In this document: piece by piece, positions 49,451 through 57,665 of the stretch
Position numbering within the stretch: the stretch's first letter is position 1
How the letters are laid out: each line of letters opens with the position of its first letter
Source: an uncultured Chryseobacterium sp.
GTDB taxonomy: Bacteria; Bacteroidota; Bacteroidia; Flavobacteriales_F; PHOS-HE28
Reading direction: 5' to 3'
Assembly: GCA_964394425.1 (NCBI GenBank)
Contig: CAYMXP010000005.1
Location: 24,034-88,033 of the forward strand
Length of the DNA stretch: 64,000 nt
Position numbers and translations under genes: made by a program
The notes under the pieces: generated by a model
Databases searched by the model: none
Told to the model about the DNA's origin: nothing
Seen by the model: only the letters and a program-made list of their open reading frames with translations

Positions 49451-49969
49451 CTATTCCTCCACGCGGAAGGCCAGTTGCTTGAGCGTACCGCCCACTTCGA
49501 GCTTCTGTTTATGTGCGTTCACGACGCTGAGTTCATACTTCAGGGTGTTGTCGGCCTTCACGAAGTTCACCACGCTGCCATCTTCCAACGCATCGGGATA
49601 CTCGGTCACGATCAGCACGGCCTTCCCGCTGAAGCGCTTGTACAGTTCCGGAAGCAGGTTCAGGTCGCTTTGTCCCACGAACAGGATGTGGCAATGCTCC
49701 ACCTCGGCGGTGCGCGGCAGCTTGCGCACTTCAATGGGCTGCAGGCCGATCTTCCGCGTGCTGTACTTCTTGATCAGCTCCTGGTACAGGTTGCCGCCGC
49801 CCAGGATGCCGATGATGAAATTGCCCGCGCGCAGGCTCTCGTCCTTCCATTCCACCAGCTTGGCGATGTTGTACAGGTAGCTGGCCTGCAGGATGGCGGT
49901 GGTGTCCTTCTCCGGTTCGCGCAGCTGCTGGGGCCGCATGGAGAGCAGCAGCAGCGGGGCCAGCAGCAT
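49451..49969 (-). CDS. YfiR-like periplasmic protein (DUF4154)
   Basis: ATG at 49969 (MLLAPLLLLSMRPQQ...). Contains YLYNIAKLVEWKD...FIIGILGGGNLYQEL...CHILFVGQSD...VLIVTEY...GSVVNFVKADNTLKYELSV, the DUF4154 pattern. Confidence 0.7.
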   Translation of the reverse strand: MLLAPLLLLSMRPQQLREPEKDTTAILQASYLYNIAKLVEWKDESLRAGNFIIGILGGGNLYQELIKKYSTRKIGLQPIEVRKLPRTAEVEHCHILFVGQSDLNLLPELYKRFSGKAVLIVTEYPDALEDGSVVNFVKADNTLKYELSVVNAHKQKLEVGGTLKQLAFRVEE

Positions 49970-49992
49970 GACCCACCGCGGTGCCTGACGGC

Positions 49993-50000
49993 TACTTTTG
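49993..50000 (+). promoter_or_regulatory. Bacteroidota-type -7 promoter box (TACTTTTG)
   Basis: Perfect TAnnTTTG match upstream of the M28 peptidase gene. It overlaps the TTG at 49998 used by the ORF track, which argues that the real start is downstream. Confidence 0.35.
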
Positions 50001-50102
50001 GTCGCGGCCCGCCGCACGATGCACCACGACGATGTTGCGAACGGGCGCAGATCCATGAGCCAGGACGATCGGGCGCTCCCCCCTGCCGATGCCGTGCCGA
50101 AC

Positions 50103-51614
50103 ATGGCGTTCACCCGGCAAAGTAGAGGCCGCGCGGAGCGGGCCTTCGCGGCGGCCCTTTTCATCTGTTCACACGCCGGTGTTGACATGCGGGCGCAGGA
50201 TCCCGCGGAGATGACGAGGCCGGCATCGGCGGCATCGATCCACATGCTTCGTGCGATAGACCACGAAGCGCAGCAACATGCCAGGGGCTATGAGTGGTTG
50301 CACTGGAGCATCGAACACATCGGCCACCGGCTCACTGGAAGCCCCAATGGGCGCAAGGCCGAAGCGCTCGCCGACAGCCTGTTCCGCCTGTCCGGCCTTG
50401 ATCTCGTGGAGCGCTTTCCCTTCAGCACCAATGCCTGGTCGCGCGGCACCATCGATCTTGTAGCCGGTGTGCGGGGCGCGATGGAGCACATGGAGGCCGT
50501 GGCGCTTGCGAACACCCCGGAAGCCAGCGATGTGACGTTGCGCCTGGTGGATGCGGGCAACGGCCTGGGCACCGATCTGGATGCGCTGGGCGACCGCCTT
50601 GCCGGACATGCGGCGCTGATGAACCTGGGTCTGGTGGGCGCCGCGCAGGGTGCCGCCAACCTGCACCGCAGCGAGAAAACCGCGCTGGCCATGGCGCGGG
50701 GCGCCGCGGCCGTGGTGTTCGTGAACAACGTGCAGGGCCACGTGCTGCTCACCGGCACCGCGTCGATCGACGGGCGATCGATCGAGGTGCCGGCGGTGTG
50801 CATCGCGGCGGAGGATGGCGCGCGGCTGCGCGATCGCATGCATGCGGGCGAGGCGGTGGAGGTGCGCATCGCCATGACCAACCGGTTCACGAACGTGCAG
50901 GCCCACAACGTGATCGCCGAGATCCGTGGATCAACGTTCCCCGATGAGGTGGTCCTGGTCGGCGGACACCTGGACAGCTGGGACCTGGCCACCGGCGCCA
51001 CGGACAACGGTCTGGGCGCCTTCTCCATCATCGACATGGCGCGCTGCTTCGCGGCACTGGACATCCGCCCGTTGCGCACGATCCGTTTCGCGCTGTTCAT
51101 GGGCGAGGAACAGGGCCTGCTGGGATCGCGCGCGCTGGTGGGGCACTATGTGCGAACGGGCGAGATCGCGAACATCCGCTGCATGATCAACCTGGACATG
51201 AGCGGGCATCCGAAGGGCTTCAACGCGGCCGGACCCGAGGGCTGGCTGCCGGCCATCGAGGAGGTCCACTCGCGGATCGACCAGGTGGACAGCACCTACG
51301 CCGCGCAAAGCGGCGATCGCCTTGGGCTGCACAGCGACCATCAACCCTTCCTGCTGGCCGGCGTGCCGGTGATCTCGCCCATCTGCGACCTGGGCGGCCA
51401 CGTGTATGGATGCTACCACAGCAGCTGCGACGACATCCACCTGGTGGATCCGCAGGCGATGGTGAACAACGTGCGCTTCGTGGGCATGCTGGTGCATGAA
51501 CTGGCCATGGCGCCATCGTTGCCGCCGCGCTTCAGCACCGGTCAATTGCGCGACCGCCTGATCGCCGCCGGTTTGGAAGAGCCCCTGCGGCTGGGTGGCG
51601 ACTGGCCCTGGTGA
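50103..51614 (+). CDS. M28 family peptidase (aminopeptidase-like)
   Basis: Contains NVIAEIRGSTFPDEVVLVGGHLDSWDLATGATDNGLG, FALFMGEEQGLLGS, INLDMSG and HSDHQPF, the M28 metal ligands. The ATG at 50103 gives a signal-like N-terminus; ATGs at 50019 and 50055 are also possible. Confidence 0.8.
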   Translation: MAFTRQSRGRAERAFAAALFICSHAGVDMRAQDPAEMTRPASAASIHMLRAIDHEAQQHARGYEWLHWSIEHIGHRLTGSPNGRKAEALADSLFRLSGLDLVERFPFSTNAWSRGTIDLVAGVRGAMEHMEAVALANTPEASDVTLRLVDAGNGLGTDLDALGDRLAGHAALMNLGLVGAAQGAANLHRSEKTALAMARGAAAVVFVNNVQGHVLLTGTASIDGRSIEVPAVCIAAEDGARLRDRMHAGEAVEVRIAMTNRFTNVQAHNVIAEIRGSTFPDEVVLVGGHLDSWDLATGATDNGLGAFSIIDMARCFAALDIRPLRTIRFALFMGEEQGLLGSRALVGHYVRTGEIANIRCMINLDMSGHPKGFNAAGPEGWLPAIEEVHSRIDQVDSTYAAQSGDRLGLHSDHQPFLLAGVPVISPICDLGGHVYGCYHSSCDDIHLVDPQAMVNNVRFVGMLVHELAMAPSLPPRFSTGQLRDRLIAAGLEEPLRLGGDWPW

Positions 51615-51618
51615 GCCC

Positions 51619-52122
51619 TCAGGCCTTGTCCTGCGTGGGCATGCCCGCCAGGTCGCGGTCGAACAGGTACAGCCCGCCCTTGTCGCTGCCGATCATGTTC
51701 AGCTTGTCGAGCAGGGTGCGCGCGAGGGATTCCTCCTCGATCTGTTCGCTCACATACCACTGCATGAAGTTGTGCGTGGTGTAATCCTTCTCCTTCAGAC
51801 ACAGGTCCACCACCTTGTTGATCTCGGCGGTCACCTTCACCTCGTGGTCGTGCAGGCTTTGGAAAATATCGGTTATGGTGCTGTACTCGCTCTGCGGCCG
51901 CTTGAGCGCGGGGATCACGGCACGGCCGCCGCGGTCGTTCACGAACTTGATCAGCTTGAGCATGTGCATGCGCTCCTCGTCGCTGTGCTGGAAAAGGAAC
52001 GCGGCGGCACCGAGCAGGCCGCTGGTTTCCGCCCAACAGGCCATGGCCAGGTAGCCCTGGCTGCTCATGGCTTCGATCTCGATCTGTCCGTTCAGGGCCG
52101 CTTCGATCTTCTTGCTCAGCAT
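51619..52122 (-). CDS. ftnA: ferritin (non-haem)
   Basis: Reads MLSKKIEAALNGQIEIEAMSSQGYLAMACW...FQHSDEERMHMLKLIKFVNDRGG...EQIEEE, with the ferroxidase-centre residues. Confidence 0.92.
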   Translation of the reverse strand: MLSKKIEAALNGQIEIEAMSSQGYLAMACWAETSGLLGAAAFLFQHSDEERMHMLKLIKFVNDRGGRAVIPALKRPQSEYSTITDIFQSLHDHEVKVTAEINKVVDLCLKEKDYTTHNFMQWYVSEQIEEESLARTLLDKLNMIGSDKGGLYLFDRDLAGMPTQDKA

Positions 52123-52147
52123 GGTCTTGGGTTTTTACATGGGCGAT

Positions 52148-52155
52148 CAAAGGTA
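52148..52155 (-). promoter_or_regulatory. Bacteroidota-type -7 promoter box (TACCTTTG on minus strand)
   Basis: Perfect TAnnTTTG match, 25 nt upstream of the ferritin ATG. Confidence 0.4.
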
Positions 52156-52169
52156 GCCGCGGGCCGCGC

Positions 52170-52727
52170 TCATTTCGTGTTGTAGGTGTTCATGGCGTGG
52201 GCGATGCCGGCCAGCATGAAGTCGCGGACCGCATCGCAGGCCAGGGCGATCCGATCGGGAAGGAGCCTGTTCTCGTCGGAGGTCCAGGTCGAAAGGACGT
52301 GGTCCACCTGCCGGCCACGCGGGAAATCGCCGCCAATGCCGAAGCGCAGGCGGGGAAAGTCCTGGTGCCCCAGCACATCGATGATGTTCGCCAGGCCGTT
52401 GTGCCCTCCGGCGCCTCCCCGGGCCCGCATGCGCAACCGCCCGAAGGGCAGGGCGATGTCGTCGGCGATCACGATCATGCGCTCGGCCGGGACCCCTTCC
52501 TGGTCCATCCAATACCGCACGGCCTTGCCGCTGAGGTTCATGAAGGTCTGTGGCTTCACCAGGACCAGCGCGCGGCCTTTCATGCGTTTGCGCGCCACCT
52601 CGGCATGGCGCTCACTTTCGAAGGTGGCCGATCCGCCGAGCCGATCGGCCACCTGGAAGCCGATGTTGTGCCGGGTGTCGCGGTATTCCGGCCCTGGATT
52701 GCCCAGACCCACCACCAGGAACTTCAT
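52170..52727 (-). CDS. pth: peptidyl-tRNA hydrolase
   Basis: Reads MKFLVVGLGNPGPEYRDTRHNIGF...GGHNGL, canonical for Pth. Confidence 0.95.
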   Translation of the reverse strand: MKFLVVGLGNPGPEYRDTRHNIGFQVADRLGGSATFESERHAEVARKRMKGRALVLVKPQTFMNLSGKAVRYWMDQEGVPAERMIVIADDIALPFGRLRMRARGGAGGHNGLANIIDVLGHQDFPRLRFGIGGDFPRGRQVDHVLSTWTSDENRLLPDRIALACDAVRDFMLAGIAHAMNTYNTK

Positions 52728-52753
52728 CCCACCTCAGATCGGGATGCGGGAGA

Positions 52754-53458
52754 TCACTTCTTGGGCTCGGCCTTCTTGGCGTCGGCCGCCGGGGGAGCGG
52801 CGGCACCAGGGGCCGCCGGGGCGGCACCGGGAGCGGCGGCTCCGGGGGCGGCGGCGCCCGGCACGGCGGCGGCGCCCTCGGTGGTCGCGGCCGCCACCGG
52901 GGCCACTTCCTCCTCCTTGCGCTGGTGGCGGATGGCCACCACCACGTCGGTGGGGCGCTCCATCACGGTGAGCCCTTCGAACTTCAATTCGCTCACGCGG
53001 ATGGTCTGGTTGATGGACAGTTCGGTGATGTCCAGTTCCAGGTGCTCGGGCAGCTGGCCGGGCAGGCCTTTGACGCTCAACTTGCGGAAGTTCTGCACCA
53101 CCCGCCCCCCTTCCTTCACTCCCTTGGCCGATCCGGTGAGCTTCAGCGACAGGGAAACACGGCTTTCCTTGTTCTCGTTCATCTCCACGAAGTCGGCGTG
53201 GATGGGATGATCGGTCACCGGATCGAACTGCGTCTCGTGGAGCAGGGCCATCACCTTGTTGCCCTCGATGTCCAGTTCGATGCGAAAGGCATCCGGGGTG
53301 AAGACCACGCTGCGCAGTTGCTTCTCGTCCATGGTGAAGTGCGTGGGCTTGTCGCCGCCGTAAAGCACGCAGGGGACCTGGCCGGCGGAACGCTGGCGGT
53401 TGGCATGGTGGCTGCCGATGTCGGTGCGCAGGGCGCCGGAGAGGGTCACTTTCTTCAT
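52754..53458 (-). CDS. rplY: 50S ribosomal protein L25/general stress protein Ctc, with Ala/Pro-rich C-terminal tail
   Basis: Reads MKKVTLSGALRTDIGSHHANRQRSAGQVPCVLYGG...DHPIHADFVE. The tail is AAAVPGAAAPGAAAPGAAPAAPGAAAPPAADAKKAEPKK. Confidence 0.92.
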   Translation of the reverse strand: MKKVTLSGALRTDIGSHHANRQRSAGQVPCVLYGGDKPTHFTMDEKQLRSVVFTPDAFRIELDIEGNKVMALLHETQFDPVTDHPIHADFVEMNENKESRVSLSLKLTGSAKGVKEGGRVVQNFRKLSVKGLPGQLPEHLELDITELSINQTIRVSELKFEGLTVMERPTDVVVAIRHQRKEEEVAPVAAATTEGAAAVPGAAAPGAAAPGAAPAAPGAAAPPAADAKKAEPKK

Positions 53459-53495
53459 GGTCGTGCGCCATCGCGGCGCTGGGGTTGTGTTCGGT

Positions 53496-54443
53496 TCAGG
53501 CGATGATGAAGTGGCTGCTGATGCTCTCGTGATCGCGCACGCGCTTGATCACATCGGCGAACAGCCGCGCCACGGAAAGCTGCTTGATCTTGCCGGTGCC
53601 GTTGAGCTTCGCGCGCGACAGCGGAATGGTGTCGGTGACGATGAGCTCGGTGAGGGCCGAGCGCTCGATCCGGTCGATGGCCTCGCCGCTGAGCACCGCG
53701 TGGGTGGCGATGGCCCGGACGCTGCGCGCCCCGAGCTTCTTCATCAGGTCGGCTGCGGTGGTGATCGTGCCGGCGGTATCCACCATGTCGTCCACCAGCA
53801 TCACGTCCTTGCCCTCCACGTCACCGATCACCGTCATGTTGTCGATCTGGTTGGCCACCTTGCGCTGCTTGTAACAGATGGCCATGTCCACGCCCAGGTG
53901 CTTGGCGTAGGCGTTCGCGCGTTTCGTGCCGCCGGTGTCCGGAGCCACCATCATCAGTTCCGGCAGCCCCATGTCCTGGATGTGGGGAATGAAGATGCTC
54001 GACGCGAAAAGATGATCCACCGGCACCTCGAAGAAGCCCTGGATCTGGTCGGCGTGCAGGTCCATGGTCATCACCCGGTCCACGCCGGCGGCGGTGAGCA
54101 TGTTGGCCACCAGCTTGGCGCCGATGCTCACGCGCGGCTTGTCCTTGCGGTCCTGCCGGGCGAAGCCGAAATAGGGCATCACGGCCACGATGCGCTTGGC
54201 GCTGGCGCGCTTGGCGGCGTCCACCAGCATCAACAGCTCCATCAGGTTGTCCGCCGGAGGGAAGGTGCTTTGCACCACGAAGACCAGCTGGCCGCGGACC
54301 GTTTCCTCGAAGCTGGGCTGGAACTCCCCGTCGCTGAAGCGGTTCACGGTGACCTCCCCCAGCCGTTCGCCGCTGTGGGCGGCGATCTTTTCGGCCAGGT
54401 ACCGCGTGGCGGTGCCGCTGAAGATCTTGGCGGGCTCGGTCAT
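53496..54443 (-). CDS. prs: ribose-phosphate pyrophosphokinase
   Basis: ATG at 54443 (MTEPAKIFSGTATRYLAEKIA...). Contains AVMPYFGFARQDRK and DLHADQIQGFF, with the PRPP-binding loop VMLVDDMVDTAGT. Confidence 0.95.
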   Translation of the reverse strand: MTEPAKIFSGTATRYLAEKIAAHSGERLGEVTVNRFSDGEFQPSFEETVRGQLVFVVQSTFPPADNLMELLMLVDAAKRASAKRIVAVMPYFGFARQDRKDKPRVSIGAKLVANMLTAAGVDRVMTMDLHADQIQGFFEVPVDHLFASSIFIPHIQDMGLPELMMVAPDTGGTKRANAYAKHLGVDMAICYKQRKVANQIDNMTVIGDVEGKDVMLVDDMVDTAGTITTAADLMKKLGARSVRAIATHAVLSGEAIDRIERSALTELIVTDTIPLSRAKLNGTGKIKQLSVARLFADVIKRVRDHESISSHFIIA

Positions 54444-54462
54444 GGGGCCGCGAAAGGGGGCG

Positions 54463-54470
54463 CAAATGTA
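54463..54470 (-). promoter_or_regulatory. Bacteroidota-type -7 promoter box (TACATTTG on minus strand)
   Basis: Perfect TAnnTTTG match, 19 nt upstream of the prs ATG. Confidence 0.4.
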
Positions 54471-54547
54471 GAGATCGCCGCGGGTTATGAACACCTGTTG
54501 GAAGGTGCCACCGCCCCCGCTCCGCCTACTTTCGGCCGCCATTCCAG

Positions 54548-56725
54548 ATGGGAAGAAAACAAGAGCGCGACCCCGGACCCGACCGCATCGACGACCGGGT
54601 GCTGGCCGCTGTCCGGCGGGCACGGAACGCGGGCATCACCAGCCAGCAACTGGCCCTTCAGCTTGGGCTCAGGGACAAGGGTGAGCGACCCTTGATCTAC
54701 GACGCCCTGGAGCGGCTCCAGGAGCAGAACAAGGTGCGCAGCGGGAAGAAGGGCAGGTACCTCGCCGTCCAGCAGGAACGCGACCTGGCGGAAGGCACCA
54801 TCGACATCATCGCCAGCGGCGGTGGATATGTACGGCTGGATGAGACGGGGTTGGACGATGTGTTCGTCCATCCGCGCAACGTGGGCACGGCGCTGCATGG
54901 CGACCGGGTGAAGATCCGCATCAGCGGCGGGCGGGGCAGCCGCAGCGAGGGCCGGGTGCGGGAGGTGCTCCAACGACGGCGCAGCACCTTCGTCGGGGTG
55001 ATCCACAAGCAGGCCGGACGCCTGATGCTCGTAGCGGACGACAACAAGGTGCAGCGTCCTTTCCTGATCCCGCCGTCCGACGCGCGCGAGGCCGCCGAAG
55101 GCGACAAGGCGATCATCGAACTGGGCGAATGGCGCGACGCGCGGGACCCGCCGCGCGGCCGGGTGATCCGCGTGCTCGGCCGCGCCGGGGAGCATCACGT
55201 GGAGATGCATGCGATCCTGGCGGAGTTCGGCCTGCCGCTGGAATTCCCGGAAAGCGTGGTGAAGGCAAGCGAGGAGATCCCGAACGGTTGCACGCCCGAG
55301 GAGATCTCCCGCCGACGCGATGTACGCGATATTCCCACCATCACCATCGACCCTGATGATGCGAAGGACCTGGACGATGCGCTCAGCCTCAGAAAACTGG
55401 ACAACGGGAACTGGGAGGTGGGCATCCACATCGCCGACGTGAGCCACTATGTGCGGCCGGGCACCGTGGTGGACATGGAGGCCTCGGCGCGGGCCACCTC
55501 GGTGTACCTGGTGGATCGCGTGGTGCCCATGCTGCCCGAGCGGTTGAGCAACGACCTCTGCTCGCTGCATTCGGGCACCGACAAACTTTCCTTCTCCGCC
55601 ATCTTTGAATTGGACGAGCGCGCGCACGTCAAGGCCGAGTGGTTCGGCCGCACGGTGATGCGCTCCCGGCGGCGTTTCGCATATGCAGAAGCCCAGAAGA
55701 TCATCGATGGGGCCGAGGGCGACTTCAAGGAAGAAGTGCTGCGCCTGCACCAGCTGGCCGGGGCGCTGCGCCGCGACCGACTGAACGCGGGCGCTCTGGA
55801 GATCGTGAACAACGAAGTGAAGTTCCGGCTCGATGCGAAGGGCCGGCCCGTGGAGGTCTACGAGAAGGTGATGGGGCCGGCCAACTGGCTGATCGAGGAG
55901 TTCATGCTGCTGGCCAACAAGCGCGTGGCCGCGTGGGTGGGCCGGCAAAAGAAGGGCGGCGTGCCACCGTTCGTCTACCGCATCCATGACCTGCCCGATC
56001 CGGAGAAGGTGCATCAGCTGGTGGCGCTGGTGAAAAGCTTCGGCCACACCCTGGCCCCGCACAAGGGCGAGGAACTTGCCCATGCGATCAACCGCTTGCT
56101 GCGTTCGATCAAGGGGAGCGAGGAGGAGAACATCATCAAGCAGGTCACCATCCGCACCATGGCCAAGGCCATTTACAGCACCGACAACATCGGGCACTAC
56201 GGCCTGGCCTTCGAGCACTACACGCACTTCACCTCCCCCATCCGCCGCTATCCGGACCTGCTCGTTCACCGTGCCATGGCCCATTACCTCTCCGGCGGCG
56301 GGCACCTGAACAAGAACAAGCTGGAGGAAAGCTGCAAGCACAGCTCCAACATGGAGAAGCGCGCCAGCGATGCCGAGCGCGCCTCGATCCGATACAAACA
56401 GGCGGAGTACCTGCTGTCACGTGTTGGAGAGACCTTCACCGGCACCATCAGCGGCCTCACCAATTGGGGCATCTATGTGGAGCTCGCGGAGAACCATTGC
56501 GAAGGCATGATCACCCTGCGCGACCTGCCGGGCGATCACTTCAAGTTCGATGAGCGCCGCTACAGCGTGGTGGGCCTGCGGACCGGACGGGTGTTCCGGC
56601 TGGGCGATGAGCTGCGGGTGACGATCCGCGCGGTGGATATGGACAGGCGGACGGTGGACCTGGTCCCGGAGGTGAACGCGGGGCCAACGGCCGCGCGCCG
56701 CGACCGGGGCGGGAGAAAAAAATGA
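54548..56725 (+). CDS. rnr: ribonuclease R
   Basis: 725 aa. The RNB domain includes ITIDPDDAKDLDDALS, VYLVDRVVPMLPERLSN and HFTSPIRRYPDLLVHR. A C-terminal S1 domain (GTISGLTNWGIYVEL) and a basic tail follow. Confidence 0.93.
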   Translation: MGRKQERDPGPDRIDDRVLAAVRRARNAGITSQQLALQLGLRDKGERPLIYDALERLQEQNKVRSGKKGRYLAVQQERDLAEGTIDIIASGGGYVRLDETGLDDVFVHPRNVGTALHGDRVKIRISGGRGSRSEGRVREVLQRRRSTFVGVIHKQAGRLMLVADDNKVQRPFLIPPSDAREAAEGDKAIIELGEWRDARDPPRGRVIRVLGRAGEHHVEMHAILAEFGLPLEFPESVVKASEEIPNGCTPEEISRRRDVRDIPTITIDPDDAKDLDDALSLRKLDNGNWEVGIHIADVSHYVRPGTVVDMEASARATSVYLVDRVVPMLPERLSNDLCSLHSGTDKLSFSAIFELDERAHVKAEWFGRTVMRSRRRFAYAEAQKIIDGAEGDFKEEVLRLHQLAGALRRDRLNAGALEIVNNEVKFRLDAKGRPVEVYEKVMGPANWLIEEFMLLANKRVAAWVGRQKKGGVPPFVYRIHDLPDPEKVHQLVALVKSFGHTLAPHKGEELAHAINRLLRSIKGSEEENIIKQVTIRTMAKAIYSTDNIGHYGLAFEHYTHFTSPIRRYPDLLVHRAMAHYLSGGGHLNKNKLEESCKHSSNMEKRASDAERASIRYKQAEYLLSRVGETFTGTISGLTNWGIYVELAENHCEGMITLRDLPGDHFKFDERRYSVVGLRTGRVFRLGDELRVTIRAVDMDRRTVDLVPEVNAGPTAARRDRGGRKK

Positions 56726-56726
56726 C

Positions 56727-57482
56727 CTATACCAGGTTGAGCCGCTTGGTCAGCTCATCCTTGTAGCTGCCACCAATGGGAACGATCTTCTTGTCGTTCT
56801 CCAGGATCAGGTTGGGCTGCTCGATGGCCACGATCTTGTCGATGCGCACGATGAAGGAGCGGTGTACGCGCAGGAACTCGCTCTCGGGCAGCTTGGCCTC
56901 GATGTCCTTCATGGTGCTATGGATCGTGTAGCGCGTGCTCAGCGTGTTGATGACCACGTAATCCTTCAGCGCCTCGATGTAGTAGATGTCGCTCATGCGC
57001 AGCTTCACCAGGCGCTGGTTGCTCTTCACGAACAGCAGGTCCTTGCTTCCACCCTGGCCTTCCACGAGCTGGTACAGCAGGTCGCGCTCCTTGAGCACCT
57101 CCGCCTCCTTCTTGTGCTTGTACAGGGCCATTTCGATCGACGTGTGGATGTCGATCTCCTTGAACGGCTTGATGATGTAGCCGTACGGCTGCGTCACCTT
57201 CGCCTTGTTCAGCGTGCTCTCATCGGCATAGGCGGTGAGGAAGATCACCGGGATGTTGGTCTCCGCGCGGATCTGCCCGGCGGCCTCGATGCCGTTCATC
57301 TCCCCCTTGAGCATGATGTCCATGAGGATGATGTCGGGCTGGGTGTCGATGGCGAGCTTGACGGCCTGCTCGCCACTGGAGGCGGCGCCGGCCACGTGGT
57401 ATCCCAGCTTCTTCAGGCTGTGTTGGATGTCCTTGCTCACGATGCTTTCGTCTTCCACCACCAGTACGCTCGTTTGGGCCAT
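56727..57482 (-). CDS. LytTR-family two-component response regulator
   Basis: ATG at 57482. The receiver domain reads VLVVEDESIV...DIILMDIML...FLTAY. The LytTR domain reads DIYYIEALKDYVVINT...FLRVHRSFIVRIDKI. Its stop lies 1 nt from the rnr stop. Confidence 0.9.
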   Translation of the reverse strand: MAQTSVLVVEDESIVSKDIQHSLKKLGYHVAGAASSGEQAVKLAIDTQPDIILMDIMLKGEMNGIEAAGQIRAETNIPVIFLTAYADESTLNKAKVTQPYGYIIKPFKEIDIHTSIEMALYKHKKEAEVLKERDLLYQLVEGQGGSKDLLFVKSNQRLVKLRMSDIYYIEALKDYVVINTLSTRYTIHSTMKDIEAKLPESEFLRVHRSFIVRIDKIVAIEQPNLILENDKKIVPIGGSYKDELTKRLNLV

Positions 57483-57503
57483 GGGTCCTTGATCGGGTTC
57501 GTT

Positions 57504-57511
57504 CAAAGATA
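57504..57511 (-). promoter_or_regulatory. Bacteroidota-type -7 promoter box (TATCTTTG on minus strand)
   Basis: Perfect TAnnTTTG match, 21 nt upstream of the LytTR regulator ATG. A GAACGAACC sequence follows immediately. Confidence 0.4.
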
Positions 57512-57665
57512 GGTTCGCGGCCGCTTGTACGGGCCCGAGGGGCCATTGTGTTGCATTGCTGCGCATCGCTGTTCCGTGGGGGTCGGCGCAAAATAGCCGG
57601 GGAGGCTCGCGCTCTCCACCCATTTCGACGTAGCCGCGTCCGCCATCGACCGGCCCATTCTCATT

